DNA of 64,000 nucleotides from a bacterium. GTDB lineage: Bacteria > UBA8248. Numbering within the stretch: position 1 is the first letter of the stretch; each line of letters starts with the position of its first letter. The position numbers were made by a program, and so were the translations under genes. Shown here piece by piece: positions 1 through 10,828 of this stretch. The notes under the pieces are model-generated. The model was given only the letters and a program-made list of their open reading frames with translations. It made no database searches and was not told the DNA's origin. The stretch lies in the NCBI GenBank assembly GCA_965242545.1, contig OZ251456.1, positions 2,618,775-2,682,774 of the forward strand. Reading direction: 5' to 3'.

Positions 1-1758
1 TACGAGACGCCCCGCGTTCACCAGAATTACCTCGAGCCCCGCGCCATGCTCGCCGAGCCCGGCCCCGAGGACAGCACGATAGTCTATTCTCCCACCCAGG
101 CGGCTTTCGTGGTGCGCGCCATCGCCTCGGAAATCCTCGAACTGCCCATGAACAAGCTGCGCGTCGTGAGCACCCACGTGGGAGGCGCTTTCGGGGGCAA
201 GTCCCAACACCTTTTGGAAGCCGCAGCGGTTCTTCTGAGCAGAAAATCGAACAGGCCCGTGCAGCTGACCCTCAACCGCGAGGAGGAAACCATCACGGGA
301 AACCCGAGACACGCCTATCGGATGCGCTATCGCACGGGCGTGACGCGGGAGGGGAAAATCATCGCGCGCCACGTGCAAATCACCTCGAACAACGGCGCCT
401 ACTGCATGACCGGGCCGATGGTGCTGGGAAAGTCCTGCTACACCAGCGCGGGGCCATACAAGATCCCGAACGTCCGGGTCGATGGCTCGCTCGTCTATAC
501 GAACCTGCCCCCCGGCGGCTCCTACCGGGGACTGGGCGTGGCGCAGGTCGCCTTCGCCTGCGAGCGGCATACCGATCGGATCGCTTCGGAACTGCGAATG
601 GACCCTCTCGCCTTTCGACTCCTCAACGCCATGGATGAGAACGACGCCGACCCCGCCGGCACGATTCTGCAAAGCGTCAGCATCAAGGAAACGCTGAAGC
701 GCGCGGGCAGGAGGGCGGGCTGGGAGAATAAGGACAAGAAGAGGCGAGACGGCGGAATCAGGCGCGGACTGGGCATCGGTTGCGCGCGCTATCCCACGGG
801 CGGGGGAGCGTCGGGCGCCGTGGTGAAGGTGAACGAGGACGGAGGGCTGGTCGTGTTAGCCGGGTGTTCCGATTTGGGCACGGGAGCGGCCACGCTGATG
901 GCGCAGGTGGCGGCTGAGGTTCTGCAATCGGACATTGAAAAGGTGAGCGTTCGCATCGCCGACACCGAAGCCACGCCCTTCGACGCCATCAGCGCGGGCA
1001 GCCGCACCACGTTCAACATGGCGCACGCGGTGCGCATGGCGGCGGAGGACGCGCGCGAGCAGATGCTTCGCCAAGCGGCGCGGATGCTCGAATCCTCCCC
1101 GGAGGATCTGGACATCGACGATGGAAGCATCTTCGTCCGCGCGGCGCCTGCGCGCGCCGTTCCGTTCGCCGAGGCGGCGCATTCCGCCGTCTGGAAAGGC
1201 GACGGACCCGTGATCGGCCGCGGCGCCTACCGCGGCGAGAATCCGCCCCACCGAGAGGACAACGTGCGCGGCCACCCGGAACCATCCAGGCCGGGGCCCG
1301 AATTCGCCACCCAAATCGCCGAGGTCGAAGTGGACGCCGAAACGGGAGAGGTTTCAGTTTTAAGAATTATCAGCGCGCAGGACGTGGGCTTCGCCATGAA
1401 TCCCCTCACCCTGAACGGCCAGATAGAAGGCGGCATCGCGCAAGGGCTGGGCTGGGCCCTGGCCGAGCAGATTCATCACGAAAACGGCCTCATCACCCAC
1501 GCGGACTTCGAGAGCCAGCTCAACCCCACGAGCCTGGACGTTTCGGAAATCGAAAGCGTGATTGTGGAATCGCCCGACGTGGAGGGTCCCTTCGGAGCGA
1601 AAGGAGCGGGGGAGATGCCGCTCATTCCGGCGGCGCCCGCGATTGTCAACGCCATTGCGGACGCCATCGGGGACCCGGCGAACCAGAACCTGAACAAGCT
1701 GCCCATCGCCCCGGAGGACGTTGTTCGCGCGGTTCGCGGAAAAAACGCCTCTCTTTGA
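1..1758 (+). CDS. Xanthine dehydrogenase/aldehyde oxidoreductase family molybdopterin-binding subunit (5' end outside the window)
   Basis: Frame open from base 1 (YETPRVHQNYLEPRAM...); Moco-binding motifs GGAFGGK, YRGLG, GQIEGG, GAKGAGE. Confidence 0.9.
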   Translation, partial: YETPRVHQNYLEPRAMLAEPGPEDSTIVYSPTQAAFVVRAIASEILELPMNKLRVVSTHVGGAFGGKSQHLLEAAAVLLSRKSNRPVQLTLNREEETITGNPRHAYRMRYRTGVTREGKIIARHVQITSNNGAYCMTGPMVLGKSCYTSAGPYKIPNVRVDGSLVYTNLPPGGSYRGLGVAQVAFACERHTDRIASELRMDPLAFRLLNAMDENDADPAGTILQSVSIKETLKRAGRRAGWENKDKKRRDGGIRRGLGIGCARYPTGGGASGAVVKVNEDGGLVVLAGCSDLGTGAATLMAQVAAEVLQSDIEKVSVRIADTEATPFDAISAGSRTTFNMAHAVRMAAEDAREQMLRQAARMLESSPEDLDIDDGSIFVRAAPARAVPFAEAAHSAVWKGDGPVIGRGAYRGENPPHREDNVRGHPEPSRPGPEFATQIAEVEVDAETGEVSVLRIISAQDVGFAMNPLTLNGQIEGGIAQGLGWALAEQIHHENGLITHADFESQLNPTSLDVSEIESVIVESPDVEGPFGAKGAGEMPLIPAAPAIVNAIADAIGDPANQNLNKLPIAPEDVVRAVRGKNASL

Positions 1759-1763
1759 ATTTT

Positions 1764-3041
1764 TCAGTTTTTCAATTCAAATGCCTCATCATAAATATCG
1801 AATCCCGATGAGGCCGCCATATTCCGCGCCTGGGTGATGAGTTTCCTCGATAATTCCGAAATGTCGGGGTTTTTGAGAAAACGCGCGTAGAAATCCTGAT
1901 AAAAAGCGTCGGGGCGCACGTGAACGCGCACCCTGAACCTCGCCGCGCCCCTCAATCGTCCCCTCCTGTATTGAAACGTGACGGATTTTTGCGGAGGAAT
2001 GCGCGTATCGTGGATTTCCCGGCTGAAATCGGACGAGAGTTTCCGTTCGATCACGTTCATCTGCCTTGATCCCGGCAAGGCTCGTCCACTCCCGTCCTGG
2101 AGCTCGGAGATAACCTCCACGGAAGGCGTAATATAGGTGGGGAAATAATGGCCGGCGCCTGAGTTCGTGAGTCTTATCTCGGCCGTGACGATTTCCCCGG
2201 CCGCCTTTTCTCCAAGCGAGACGTCTATCCGCACGGCGCCCCGGGTCATGGCCTCGTCATGTATGCCCCGCCACAAATGCGCGCGGCCGGGCATGTGGCA
2301 GCTCTGACAGGCGACGCCCTCCCGGCCCCAAAGCGAGTTTTTCCATTCGTCGTATGTATTCTGAATCGGCTTTCCGTTCGGACCGGGGAGCCTGTGCTGA
2401 TGACAATTCATGCAAAATTCGGAGCGCCGGAAAAAAGACGTGCGCTCCACGCCGGCGTGGGGGGGCCTTCTCGTCGCGTCGTCCACGCCCTCGGGAGTTT
2501 CCTTTTTCGGCGGGCCATGCACGCGCCAATTCCGCACGTGGCAGGCGGCGCAGGACAGTCCGCTCATCTCGAGCTTCGGATCATGCGCCGGGTTCTTCCG
2601 CCAGCCCCCGAAAGGGGCCGCTTCCGCCTTCGCCCTCTTCCGCTGCTCCGCCAAGGGCGCATGACATTCATGGCAGCCTTGCGCTCCCTCGGGATTCGCC
2701 CGCCACATATCGACAAGCTGCCCATAGACGCCCGGACTCATCGCCTTGGCGTGAAGCGTGGTTTTCCATTGCTTGTGCTGCTCAGGATGACAACCCCCGC
2801 AACTCCCGGGCAGAAGCGATCGCTCGGGTCCCTCGTATGATTTCGGCGCCTCCCCCATGGGGGGCAGGGGGTAGTCGAAATACTCATTCACGAAACCCCG
2901 CCAATGCTTCCATTTCCCGGGACCCGCCTTTTTTTCCGCCGCTTTCACGGAGGAGAAGACGAATTCATCGGATATTTCGTGAGCGGCGCCGAGGAGAAAA
3001 AACAAGACGCCGACGGGCGGGATCATCCGTTTCAAGCGCAT
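1764..3041 (-). CDS. Multiheme (5 CxxCH) cytochrome c, c554/c552-like, with signal peptide
   Basis: CGGCH, CHECH, CAACH, CMNCH, CQSCH; likely start MRLKRMIPPVGVLFFLLGAA at 3041. Confidence 0.8.
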   Translation of the reverse strand: MRLKRMIPPVGVLFFLLGAAHEISDEFVFSSVKAAEKKAGPGKWKHWRGFVNEYFDYPLPPMGEAPKSYEGPERSLLPGSCGGCHPEQHKQWKTTLHAKAMSPGVYGQLVDMWRANPEGAQGCHECHAPLAEQRKRAKAEAAPFGGWRKNPAHDPKLEMSGLSCAACHVRNWRVHGPPKKETPEGVDDATRRPPHAGVERTSFFRRSEFCMNCHQHRLPGPNGKPIQNTYDEWKNSLWGREGVACQSCHMPGRAHLWRGIHDEAMTRGAVRIDVSLGEKAAGEIVTAEIRLTNSGAGHYFPTYITPSVEVISELQDGSGRALPGSRQMNVIERKLSSDFSREIHDTRIPPQKSVTFQYRRGRLRGAARFRVRVHVRPDAFYQDFYARFLKNPDISELSRKLITQARNMAASSGFDIYDEAFELKN

Positions 3042-3336
3042 TTCATGCTTCCTGCTCCAGCGGCCCGCGCGCTCGATCCGCCCGCTTTTTCGGGGCGGCG
3101 CCTGCGCGGACAGGTTCCGGGAAAACCCCGAAAATTGTAGCCTCCGCCCGATTTTGTTTCCAGGATGCCCCGGAGTCGCCGTTTTCTGATGACGGGCGGA
3201 CAGACCGCGGGACGTCCGGGGGTTCACCCATCGGAAAACCCCCGTCCTCGCGCGGCGCGCCGCTTTTACTCCTTCGCCGGGATTCGATAGGCTCCGGGCG
3301 GAGCCATCGTAGCGATCGCCTCTCGAACCCGGTGGG

Positions 3337-3792
3337 ATGATGAATTTCGACATACGGCCGGCGACCCTTGCGGACGCGGAGAAAATTACCGAGTTCAACA
3401 TCGAGATGGCCCTCGAAAGCGAAAATCTGCGCCTCGAGCCCGATACAGTCCGCCGGGGGGTGGAAAAATCGCTCTCCGATCCCTTGAAGGGACGGTATTA
3501 CCTCGCACGCCAAGGCGGCGACGTCCTGGGACAAATCCGGGTAACCCTCGAATGGAGCGACTGGAACGATTCACACTACTGGTGGATTCAGAACGTCTAC
3601 GTCGTCCCGCGGGCGAGGAGGCGGGGCGTTTATCGCGCCCTGCACCATCACGTCAGGAATCTCGCCGACCGCGCCGGGGCGTGCGGCCTGCAGCTATACG
3701 TGGACGCCGGCAACGCGAGGGCGCAGTCGGCGTATCAAAGCCTGAACATGGCCCGAAGCCATTATCTGATTTTCGAGCAGACCGAAGATTAG
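3337..3792 (+). CDS. GNAT family N-acetyltransferase
   Basis: VYVVPRARRRGVY acetyl-CoA motif; LYVDAGNARAQSAY. Confidence 0.9.
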   Translation: MMNFDIRPATLADAEKITEFNIEMALESENLRLEPDTVRRGVEKSLSDPLKGRYYLARQGGDVLGQIRVTLEWSDWNDSHYWWIQNVYVVPRARRRGVYRALHHHVRNLADRAGACGLQLYVDAGNARAQSAYQSLNMARSHYLIFEQTED

Positions 3793-3882
3793 GCGGGAAG
3801 GCGGGGGAAGCGGCGTCTTTCACCTCCGCATGGGCGCAACGCGCGCGAACAACCCGGCCGCTTTCTTCCAACTCCCTGAAAA

Positions 3883-4353
3883 CTAGCGACCTTCCCGGTT
3901 CCTCTTGAGAGGGATGACGTCCGCGCGCTCCCCCGCGCCGCCGCGCCTGCGCCAGGATGAGGGCCAGACGCGCCGCGCGCGCCATGCGGCGCGGGCCGCC
4001 CCTCCCGCCGTCCACGCGAGGAGGCTCCCGGCGGCGCGCACCCTTCTTCCCACCGAGCGAAGCGCCTTTTTTCCGCCCTGCTCGCCGATGGAGACGAGGC
4101 GCGAGGTCGCTTCCTTCGCCGCGCCGATCGGCCGAAGCGCCTGGGCGATGGCCTGCCGCAGAATCCACTTCAGCGCGAAGCAGAAAGCGACGGAAAAGAG
4201 GAGGAATACGCCGAGTATCCTGAACCCCCGGGCGGGATCGTCCACGAGGATGACGCTCATCTGCGCGATGCCGTAGAACGCCAGACCCAGCATGGCCAGG
4301 CAGGCGGCCACGGCGCCGCCTGAGCGCGCCATCACCCGGAACAGGCCGAACAT
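3883..4353 (-). CDS. Hypothetical membrane protein
   Basis: Two hydrophobic segments; purine-rich GGAGACGAGG RBS before ATG. Confidence 0.5.
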   Translation of the reverse strand: MFGLFRVMARSGGAVAACLAMLGLAFYGIAQMSVILVDDPARGFRILGVFLLFSVAFCFALKWILRQAIAQALRPIGAAKEATSRLVSIGEQGGKKALRSVGRRVRAAGSLLAWTAGGAARAAWRARRVWPSSWRRRGGAGERADVIPLKRNREGR

Positions 4354-4464
4354 CCTCGTCTCCCCAGATTCAGCGAAGCCGGATAACCCTCCCGATGAGC
4401 CGAGGATACCCTATTCCGAAAGGGAATCATACCCTCGACCGGCCGCGCTCCCGCGCGGGTTCCG

Positions 4465-4493
4465 TTGACGCGCGCGGTCTCTCGTTCTATGTT
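4465..4493 (+). promoter_or_regulatory. Sigma70-like promoter of serS
   Basis: TTGACG-N17-TATGTT directly upstream of serS. Confidence 0.5.
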
Positions 4494-4510
4494 CGCGGTT
4501 CCGAGAGAAA

Positions 4511-5830
4511 ATGGCGCCGCGCCGCGTGACGAAGGAGCCGGAATTGCTCGACATTCGCCTTATCAGAAACGACCCCGAAGCGGTGGCGCGCGCCCTCGCC
4601 CGAAGGGGCGGGGAGTGGGATTTCTCCGAAATTCTGGAGATCGACGCCCGAAGGCGGGACCTGACCCATCAGGTGGAAAGCCGGGTGGCCGAGGCGAGGA
4701 GGCGGAGCAGGAAAATCGGCGAACTCAAGCGCGAAAAGGCGTCCGAGGAGGAAGTGGCGGCGTTCCTGGCCGAGAGCGGCCGCCTGACGGCCGAGGCGAA
4801 GGCCATGGAGGGGGAGCTCGCGGAACTCGAACGAAAACAAGGCGATTCCCTGCTCGGCTTCCCCAACGCGCCGCACGAGACCACGCCCGACGGAAGAAGC
4901 GCGGAGGACAACGCCCTCCTGCGGACCTGGGGCGAGAAGCCGGCGTTCGACTTCGAGCCGAGGGCGCACGACGATCTGGGCGAGGCGCTGGGGATTCTCG
5001 ACATGAAGCGCGCCGTGAAGATCGCCGGGGCGCGCTTCGCCCTCTACCGGGGAGCGGGGGCGCGGCTCGAGCGCGCGCTCATCAACTTCATGCTCGACCT
5101 GCACGCGGGCGAGGGCGGCTACACCGAGTGGCTTCCGCCGTTCATGGTGAATCCCGAGTCCATGACGGGCACCGGCCAGCTGCCCAAATTCGAGGAGGAT
5201 CTCTTCCGGGTCGATGACGGCCGCTTCTATCTGATCCCCACCGCCGAGGTGCCCGTCACCAACATCCACCGGGAGGAAATCCTGGACGGGCGCGCCCTTC
5301 CCCTCAAATACGCCGCCTACACCCCCTGCTTCCGAAGCGAGGCGGGCTCCTACGGCCAGGACGCGCGCGGCCTCATCCGCCAGCACCAGTTCAACAAGGT
5401 GGAGCTCGTCAAGTTCAGCCGCCCCGAGGCGGGCTACGAGGAGCTGGAGAGCCTCACGGCGGACGCCGAGGAGGTGCTGCGGCGGCTGGGACTGCCCTAT
5501 CGCGTCGTCGCGCTGTGCGCGGGCGACCTGGGCTTCTCCGCCGCCAAGACCTACGACATCGAGGTCTGGGTGCCCTCCCAGAACGCCTACCGGGAGATTT
5601 CCTCGTGCAGCAATTTCGAGGACTTCCAGGCGCGGCGCGCCAACATCCGCTATCGCCCGGAGCCGGGGGCGAAGCCCGGATTCGTCCACACCCTGAACGG
5701 CTCGGGGCTGGCCGTCGGCCGCACCGTGGTGGCGATTCTCGAGAACTTCCAGCGGGCGGACGGCGCGGTCGTCATCCCCGAGGTCCTGCGCCCCTACATG
5801 GGCTGCCTGGAGGTCGTCGAACCCGCCTGA
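4511..5830 (+). CDS. serS: Serine--tRNA ligase
   Basis: N-terminal coiled coil, [46 protein letters not shown]. Confidence 0.98.
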   Translation: MAPRRVTKEPELLDIRLIRNDPEAVARALARRGGEWDFSEILEIDARRRDLTHQVESRVAEARRRSRKIGELKREKASEEEVAAFLAESGRLTAEAKAMEGELAELERKQGDSLLGFPNAPHETTPDGRSAEDNALLRTWGEKPAFDFEPRAHDDLGEALGILDMKRAVKIAGARFALYRGAGARLERALINFMLDLHAGEGGYTEWLPPFMVNPESMTGTGQLPKFEEDLFRVDDGRFYLIPTAEVPVTNIHREEILDGRALPLKYAAYTPCFRSEAGSYGQDARGLIRQHQFNKVELVKFSRPEAGYEELESLTADAEEVLRRLGLPYRVVALCAGDLGFSAAKTYDIEVWVPSQNAYREISSCSNFEDFQARRANIRYRPEPGAKPGFVHTLNGSGLAVGRTVVAILENFQRADGAVVIPEVLRPYMGCLEVVEPA

Positions 5831-6241
5831 TCGCCGCGCGGCGAATGCGAAATCAACGCCTTGAAACGTTCGCCATAACGCTTGAAACGTTCCTCAATTC
5901 GCCTGAAAACGTCCCGAATTTTCTCGATTTCACCTGTTTTGTTTTTATTTCGGAAGGGCGCGAATCGTTCTTCCATTCGCCTGAAAAGGCCGTCAATGCG
6001 CTCGATTTCGCAGGTATTCGCTCAAATTCCCCCGACGCCCGAAAAGCCGCCCCGACGAGGCGGGATCGTCCGACCGTCCCCTGCGCCCCGAACGACGCGA
6101 ACGCGGGGAAACGCGGGCAGACGCGCGCGCCGTTTTTTCGTCATCCGGGGGGCGAACCCGACCGGGGAGAGACCTGCCCCGCCGATCGGAACCGGATGTC
6201 AAACCCCGCCGATATCTTCCATATGTTGCTTACGAACGTTC

Positions 6242-6270
6242 TTGACATTCGCTATTTTTTCGACTATACT
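6242..6270 (+). promoter_or_regulatory. Near-consensus sigma70 promoter of the low-GC ATPase/methylase cassette
   Basis: TTGACA-N17-TATACT. Confidence 0.7.
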
Positions 6271-6417
6271 AGATTAGCAAGATGCATATCATTCAGCAGT
6301 GCAGTAAGGTAATGTTCACGGCTAAAAGGGCCTTGATATCGCCTCATCAAGATAAAAAACAGCAGAGGAAAAGACCCGCCCGACGGGCTCGAGCTTAGAA
6401 TTACGAGAGGAGAAAAC

Positions 6418-8511
6418 ATGAAAATTAGAGCGATTGAAATTACAAATTTTCGAGGGATTGAACAGGCTAAGATGAGCAACATCGGAGATATGGTAGTAAT
6501 CGCAGGGCCAAACGGGTCAGGAAAGTCGTGCATCCTAGACGCTATCAGGTTGGTCAAATCGACATACGGGGGCTATCAGATTAACGAATGGGACTTATGG
6601 ATGGGGGAATTCCAGATCGATAGGAGGTCGGGACCTTGGGAACTAAAAAAACTATTGCGGCAACCCACAAGGCAAGCAGAGATCAAGGCAGGGATCGAAA
6701 TATCTACGCGAGAACGTGAATATCTAAGAGAAAAAAGCGAAGAGCTGATGGAGGAAGCTGCGTTCGGAAGACTGTTTCCCGGACAACAAACGGAAGAGTG
6801 GCGAAATATCAAACAGGAAGGAAGAGTAGCGAGCTTGCCACAGCAAACACGCTCAGCACTGAGCACCATAAAGGAAAATTTGAAAAATCAGTTGAATAGT
6901 GAATTAGCGAATCTAACACAGGAGGCTCATGTCGCAATTTTACCAACAGGAGAGATGACTAGGCAAACAGGAAGTATAACCTTGGAGACAATATGGCGAA
7001 TTTATGAACCAGGGAGGGTAGGAGTAATCGACTATCACGGCTCACACAGAAATTATGCCCGGGAAAACGTGGCGGGAATCAATCTAAGCCTGAAAAGCCA
7101 TGAAGAACAACAAAAACAACACACATTATACAATTACGGAAATAAATACATGAATATCAAAACGGAAATGGCAACAGAGTTCGTCCAAGACATGTTGCGG
7201 AGAGAAGGGGGGCAAACAAACGAGCGGATAACGAGAAGTTTAGAAAACACACTAAAAGAGCTCTTCAAAACATTCTTTCCTGGCAAGGAATTCGAGGGAG
7301 CCAAAGCAGATGAACACGGGAACATTGCGTTTCCGGTAATAATCGGCGAGTCAAGACATGACGTCAATGAACTCTCTTCGGGAGAAAAGGAAATTTTGTA
7401 CGGGTATTTACGATTGAGAAGATCGGCCAAGAGAGATTCAATCATCTTGTTAGACGAGCCGGAATTGCACTTGAATCCGAAACTAATCCAAGGACTGCCC
7501 CAATTCTATGAACGGCACTTGGTGTCTGAACAAGAGAATCAGCTGTGGCTCATAACGCATTCGGACGCCCTGCTTCGAGAAGCACTCACGACATCCAAGG
7601 CAACCGTATTGCACATGCAAGAAGCGAAAGAAGGAGTAGCAACAGCAAATCAACTGAAACGGGTTGAAGAAAACAAAGACGAAGAACACGCGGTTATGGA
7701 GCTTGTCGGGGACATTGCCGGCTATAGACCAGAAGGAAAAGTAATTATTTTTGAAGGAAAGAACGCGGGCTTCGACGTCCGAATGACAAGCAGGTTATTC
7801 CCAGAATACGAACGGAAGATGAATTTTATCGCGGGAGGCCACAGGGCAGGGGTAGAGCGCTTGCACAAATGCCTGGAGACACAGGATGAAGAAACAGGGA
7901 TCGAAATCTATTCGATCGTTGACCGGGATAAGCAAGAAATGCGTAGGAGTGGCGGAAGGAGATATTCATGGGATGTGTACCATATAGAAAATTACCTCCT
8001 AGAGCCAACATATATTTTTGATGTCGTGAAAGGCATCACACTGGGCTCTCCCACATTTCAGGCGGCACCCGATATAGAAGAAGAACTACGGAAAATTGCA
8101 AAAAGACAAGTGAAAAAATTGGTAAAAGAATATCTAAACGAACACGTCCATCGGATACTAGTAAAAGAAATCGTCTTGAATGCGGAAAACGAAGATACGC
8201 TTAGCGAAGACCTGCTGAAAAAAGCAGAGATATCCGCAAAGAATCTGGCGGAAACGATCAAAAACAATCTGGCAAGTGATCAAATCGAACGAAGGCGTAT
8301 GGAGTACGAAAACGAACTAAAAGAGGCTTTGGAAACCGATGAGTGGAAGAAGAAATTTAGGGGACGGGAGATATTAAGGGAGTTTGTTGGGTTACACTGC
8401 CGAGGATTATCTTATGAGCGACTAAGGGATATGATCGTGAACCAAATGCAACAGCGAGGACATCAACCGAGCGGGATGAGAAATATCCTGCGAAAGATAG
8501 AACAAGACTAA
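6418..8511 (+). CDS. ABC-type ATPase fused to a TOPRIM-like domain (OLD/PARIS-like defence protein)
   Basis: Walker A GPNGSGKS, signature LSSGEKE, Walker B ILLDEPE, ITHS; C-terminal VIIFEG...IVDRD...IENYLL; low GC. Confidence 0.75.
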   Translation: MKIRAIEITNFRGIEQAKMSNIGDMVVIAGPNGSGKSCILDAIRLVKSTYGGYQINEWDLWMGEFQIDRRSGPWELKKLLRQPTRQAEIKAGIEISTREREYLREKSEELMEEAAFGRLFPGQQTEEWRNIKQEGRVASLPQQTRSALSTIKENLKNQLNSELANLTQEAHVAILPTGEMTRQTGSITLETIWRIYEPGRVGVIDYHGSHRNYARENVAGINLSLKSHEEQQKQHTLYNYGNKYMNIKTEMATEFVQDMLRREGGQTNERITRSLENTLKELFKTFFPGKEFEGAKADEHGNIAFPVIIGESRHDVNELSSGEKEILYGYLRLRRSAKRDSIILLDEPELHLNPKLIQGLPQFYERHLVSEQENQLWLITHSDALLREALTTSKATVLHMQEAKEGVATANQLKRVEENKDEEHAVMELVGDIAGYRPEGKVIIFEGKNAGFDVRMTSRLFPEYERKMNFIAGGHRAGVERLHKCLETQDEETGIEIYSIVDRDKQEMRRSGGRRYSWDVYHIENYLLEPTYIFDVVKGITLGSPTFQAAPDIEEELRKIAKRQVKKLVKEYLNEHVHRILVKEIVLNAENEDTLSEDLLKKAEISAKNLAETIKNNLASDQIERRRMEYENELKEALETDEWKKKFRGREILREFVGLHCRGLSYERLRDMIVNQMQQRGHQPSGMRNILRKIEQD

Positions 8512-8530
8512 CAATATACTTCGAGAAATT

Positions 8531-9772
8531 ATGAACTTGACCATTCAGGCCTCCATACCAAATAAACCAAACTGGAAACCAAAGACGATTTGGACTGGCG
8601 ACAACCTCCCGATCATGCGGGGGATGAACAGCGAGTCCGTTGACCTGATCTATCTGGATCCCCCGTTCAATTCAAATGCCAACTACGCGGCCCCCGTGGG
8701 AAGTGAGGCGGCAGGGGCGGAGTTCAGGGATACTTGGCGTCTTCGGGATATTGACGTGGAATGGATCAATCTCATCGAAGAAAAATATCCGCGAGTCTAT
8801 CGGGTTATCATGGCGGCAATGACGGATAGCGACAAATCTTATCTCACCTACATGGCGTCCAGGCTGTTGGAGATGCGCAGGGTATTGAATATGCGGGGGA
8901 GCATTTACCTACACTGCGATCCTACTATGAGCCATTCCTTGAAGTTGCTGCTGGACGCTATTTTCGAGAAAGGAAATTTTCGGAATGAGATTGTTTGGAG
9001 TTATCGCCGCTGGACAGCCTCACAAAAAAAACTGCCTAGATTACATGACATTATCTTGTGTTATGGCGAGAAAAATGCCGTATTCAACCCAGTACTCATT
9101 CCAAATAGCAATCCAAACCCTTCACAATACGTGAGTGCCAAAGACGATTCGGGAAAAACGATTGTCAAGCGAGATTCGGATGGCAAGCCAATAAAACGGA
9201 AAGTAAGTAAGACGCTGACTGTGGGAGATGTTTGGGACATTCCTATAATCAGCCCTAACGGAAAAGAACGTCTCGGATACCCCACTCAAAAACCTATCGC
9301 GCTTCTAAACCGGATCATAGAGGCATCTTCAAACGAAGGCGCTGTTGTCTTTGATCCGTTTTGTGGATGCGCAACGACCCTGGCCGCCGCAGATAAACTG
9401 AACCGAAATTGGATTGGTATTGACATATCCCCGAAGGCCGTAGAACTCATCATCAGGAGAATTAAAGATCAGCAAGGTCTCTTTAGGGATATCAACCATA
9501 GGGATGACATCCCCCAGAGGACTGATCTCGGCAAACTTCCCAAATATAATTCCTCCGAAAACAAGAATCGGCTATACGGAGATCAGCATGGCAACTGCGC
9601 GGGTTGCGGCACGCATTTTGAGGCGCATCACCTTGAGGTCGATCACATTATATCGAGGAAAAGGGGCGGGACGGATCACATAGAGAATCTGCAACTGCTT
9701 TGTGGACATTGCAACAAGGTCAAGGGCGACAGGGGAATGGATTATTTGAAAGTGAAGTTGCAACTGAAATAG
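8531..9772 (+). CDS. Beta-class amino (N4/N6) DNA methyltransferase with C-terminal HNH endonuclease domain
   Basis: IYLDPPF, YPTQKP, FDPFCGCATT; CAGC...LEVDHI...NLQLLCGHCNKVKG. Confidence 0.88.
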   Translation: MNLTIQASIPNKPNWKPKTIWTGDNLPIMRGMNSESVDLIYLDPPFNSNANYAAPVGSEAAGAEFRDTWRLRDIDVEWINLIEEKYPRVYRVIMAAMTDSDKSYLTYMASRLLEMRRVLNMRGSIYLHCDPTMSHSLKLLLDAIFEKGNFRNEIVWSYRRWTASQKKLPRLHDIILCYGEKNAVFNPVLIPNSNPNPSQYVSAKDDSGKTIVKRDSDGKPIKRKVSKTLTVGDVWDIPIISPNGKERLGYPTQKPIALLNRIIEASSNEGAVVFDPFCGCATTLAAADKLNRNWIGIDISPKAVELIIRRIKDQQGLFRDINHRDDIPQRTDLGKLPKYNSSENKNRLYGDQHGNCAGCGTHFEAHHLEVDHIISRKRGGTDHIENLQLLCGHCNKVKGDRGMDYLKVKLQLK

Positions 9773-9822
9773 TCCACAAATCCTTGATCTCATTATAGCC
9801 CATTAAAAATCGTATCAAACCA

Positions 9823-9864
9823 TGCTATCATCCTCCCGGAATCATCCCCCTTGCAGGACGCGCG
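9823..9864 (+). repeat. Copy 1 of the tRNA-Ser(TGA) promoter/leader
   Basis: TGCTATCATCCTCCCGGAATCATCCCCCTTGCAGGACGCGCG closely matches 19281-19322 and 15633-15674. Confidence 0.8.
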
Positions 9865-10775
9865 TAGTCCCGCTCGGCCTTCGCCTTCTCCGCGAGAGAC
9901 GCGCGCGCGGCGAGCGCCCCGTTCACCGCCGCCTGCCAGGCGTCGTGCTCGAAGAGGGCGACGGGCAGCTTGATCATCTCCGCGTCCTTGAGCTCCTGCG
10001 CGCTCACGCTGTGGAGGATGTTCGACCGGGGCCGGGGCGTCGCCGTGAACTCCACGATGGCGCAGGGGTTCACCCGCCTCTGCGTCTCGCGGGTGAGGCC
10101 GGTGACGGCGTTGTGCGCCTCGTCCACGATCATGAGCGGGCGGCGCAGATGCAGGAAGTTGGCGAAGGAGAACTTGACGCCGCCGTCCTCCACCCGCTCC
10201 AGCCCCGGCGGGAAGGAGGAGAGGGCGGAGAAGTGCGCCTCCATGTCCTCGTGGTGGGCGTAGACCTTGCGGCCCTCGGTGTTCGTGACCCGAAGCGTCT
10301 GGATGGTGCCGACCACCACGCAGCACCTGTCCCGCGCGTCGCCCGGGCGCAGATGCCCGAAGTCCGCGATGTCGAACACGCGCGCCCCGCCCCCGAACGC
10401 CTCATCGAGCGCCCGCCGGTAGGGGTGCCACGGCTTCTTGAGGGCGTCCGCCGTCTGGCGGCGGATGACGTTCGTGGGCGCGAGCCAGAGGACGAGGGGG
10501 CAATCCTCCTCCATCCAGGCATCGCGGGCGACGGAGACGGCGTGAGCCCCCAGAATCGTCTTGCCGCCGCCCGTGGGCAGGCGCAGGCAGACGTAGGGAA
10601 CGCCCGGCAGTTCCGCGAGCGGCTCATAGCTTCCGGCGTAGCCGCCGAGCCGGGCGGCGCGCTCCGGCTCCTTCGTGATCGCCTCGTAGGCGGCCTTCGG
10701 CCCGGCGACGCGCGCTTCCTCCAGAAAACGGCGCAGCGTCTCCAGCGTCTCTATCTGATAGCCCTTGAGCATCAT
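9828..10775 (-). pseudogene. res: Type III restriction (Res) helicase subunit, C-terminally truncated
   Basis: CLRLPTGGGKT, IVDEAH, FTATP; only 315 aa; reading frame runs into the tRNA-promoter copy at ~9864. Confidence 0.8.
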
Positions 10776-10828
10776 CGGGCCGAAACCCCCAAAAGCGTCA
10801 GGCGCGCCGCGCGCGAAGGCGGCGAAGG

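Noticed and set aside
5850-6000. Degenerate ~21-bp repeats after serS as CRISPR or iterons
   Set aside because: No spacers and poor identity; the minus strand reads as heptad-like FRRIEER/FKRYGER, more like a decayed coiled-coil ORF.
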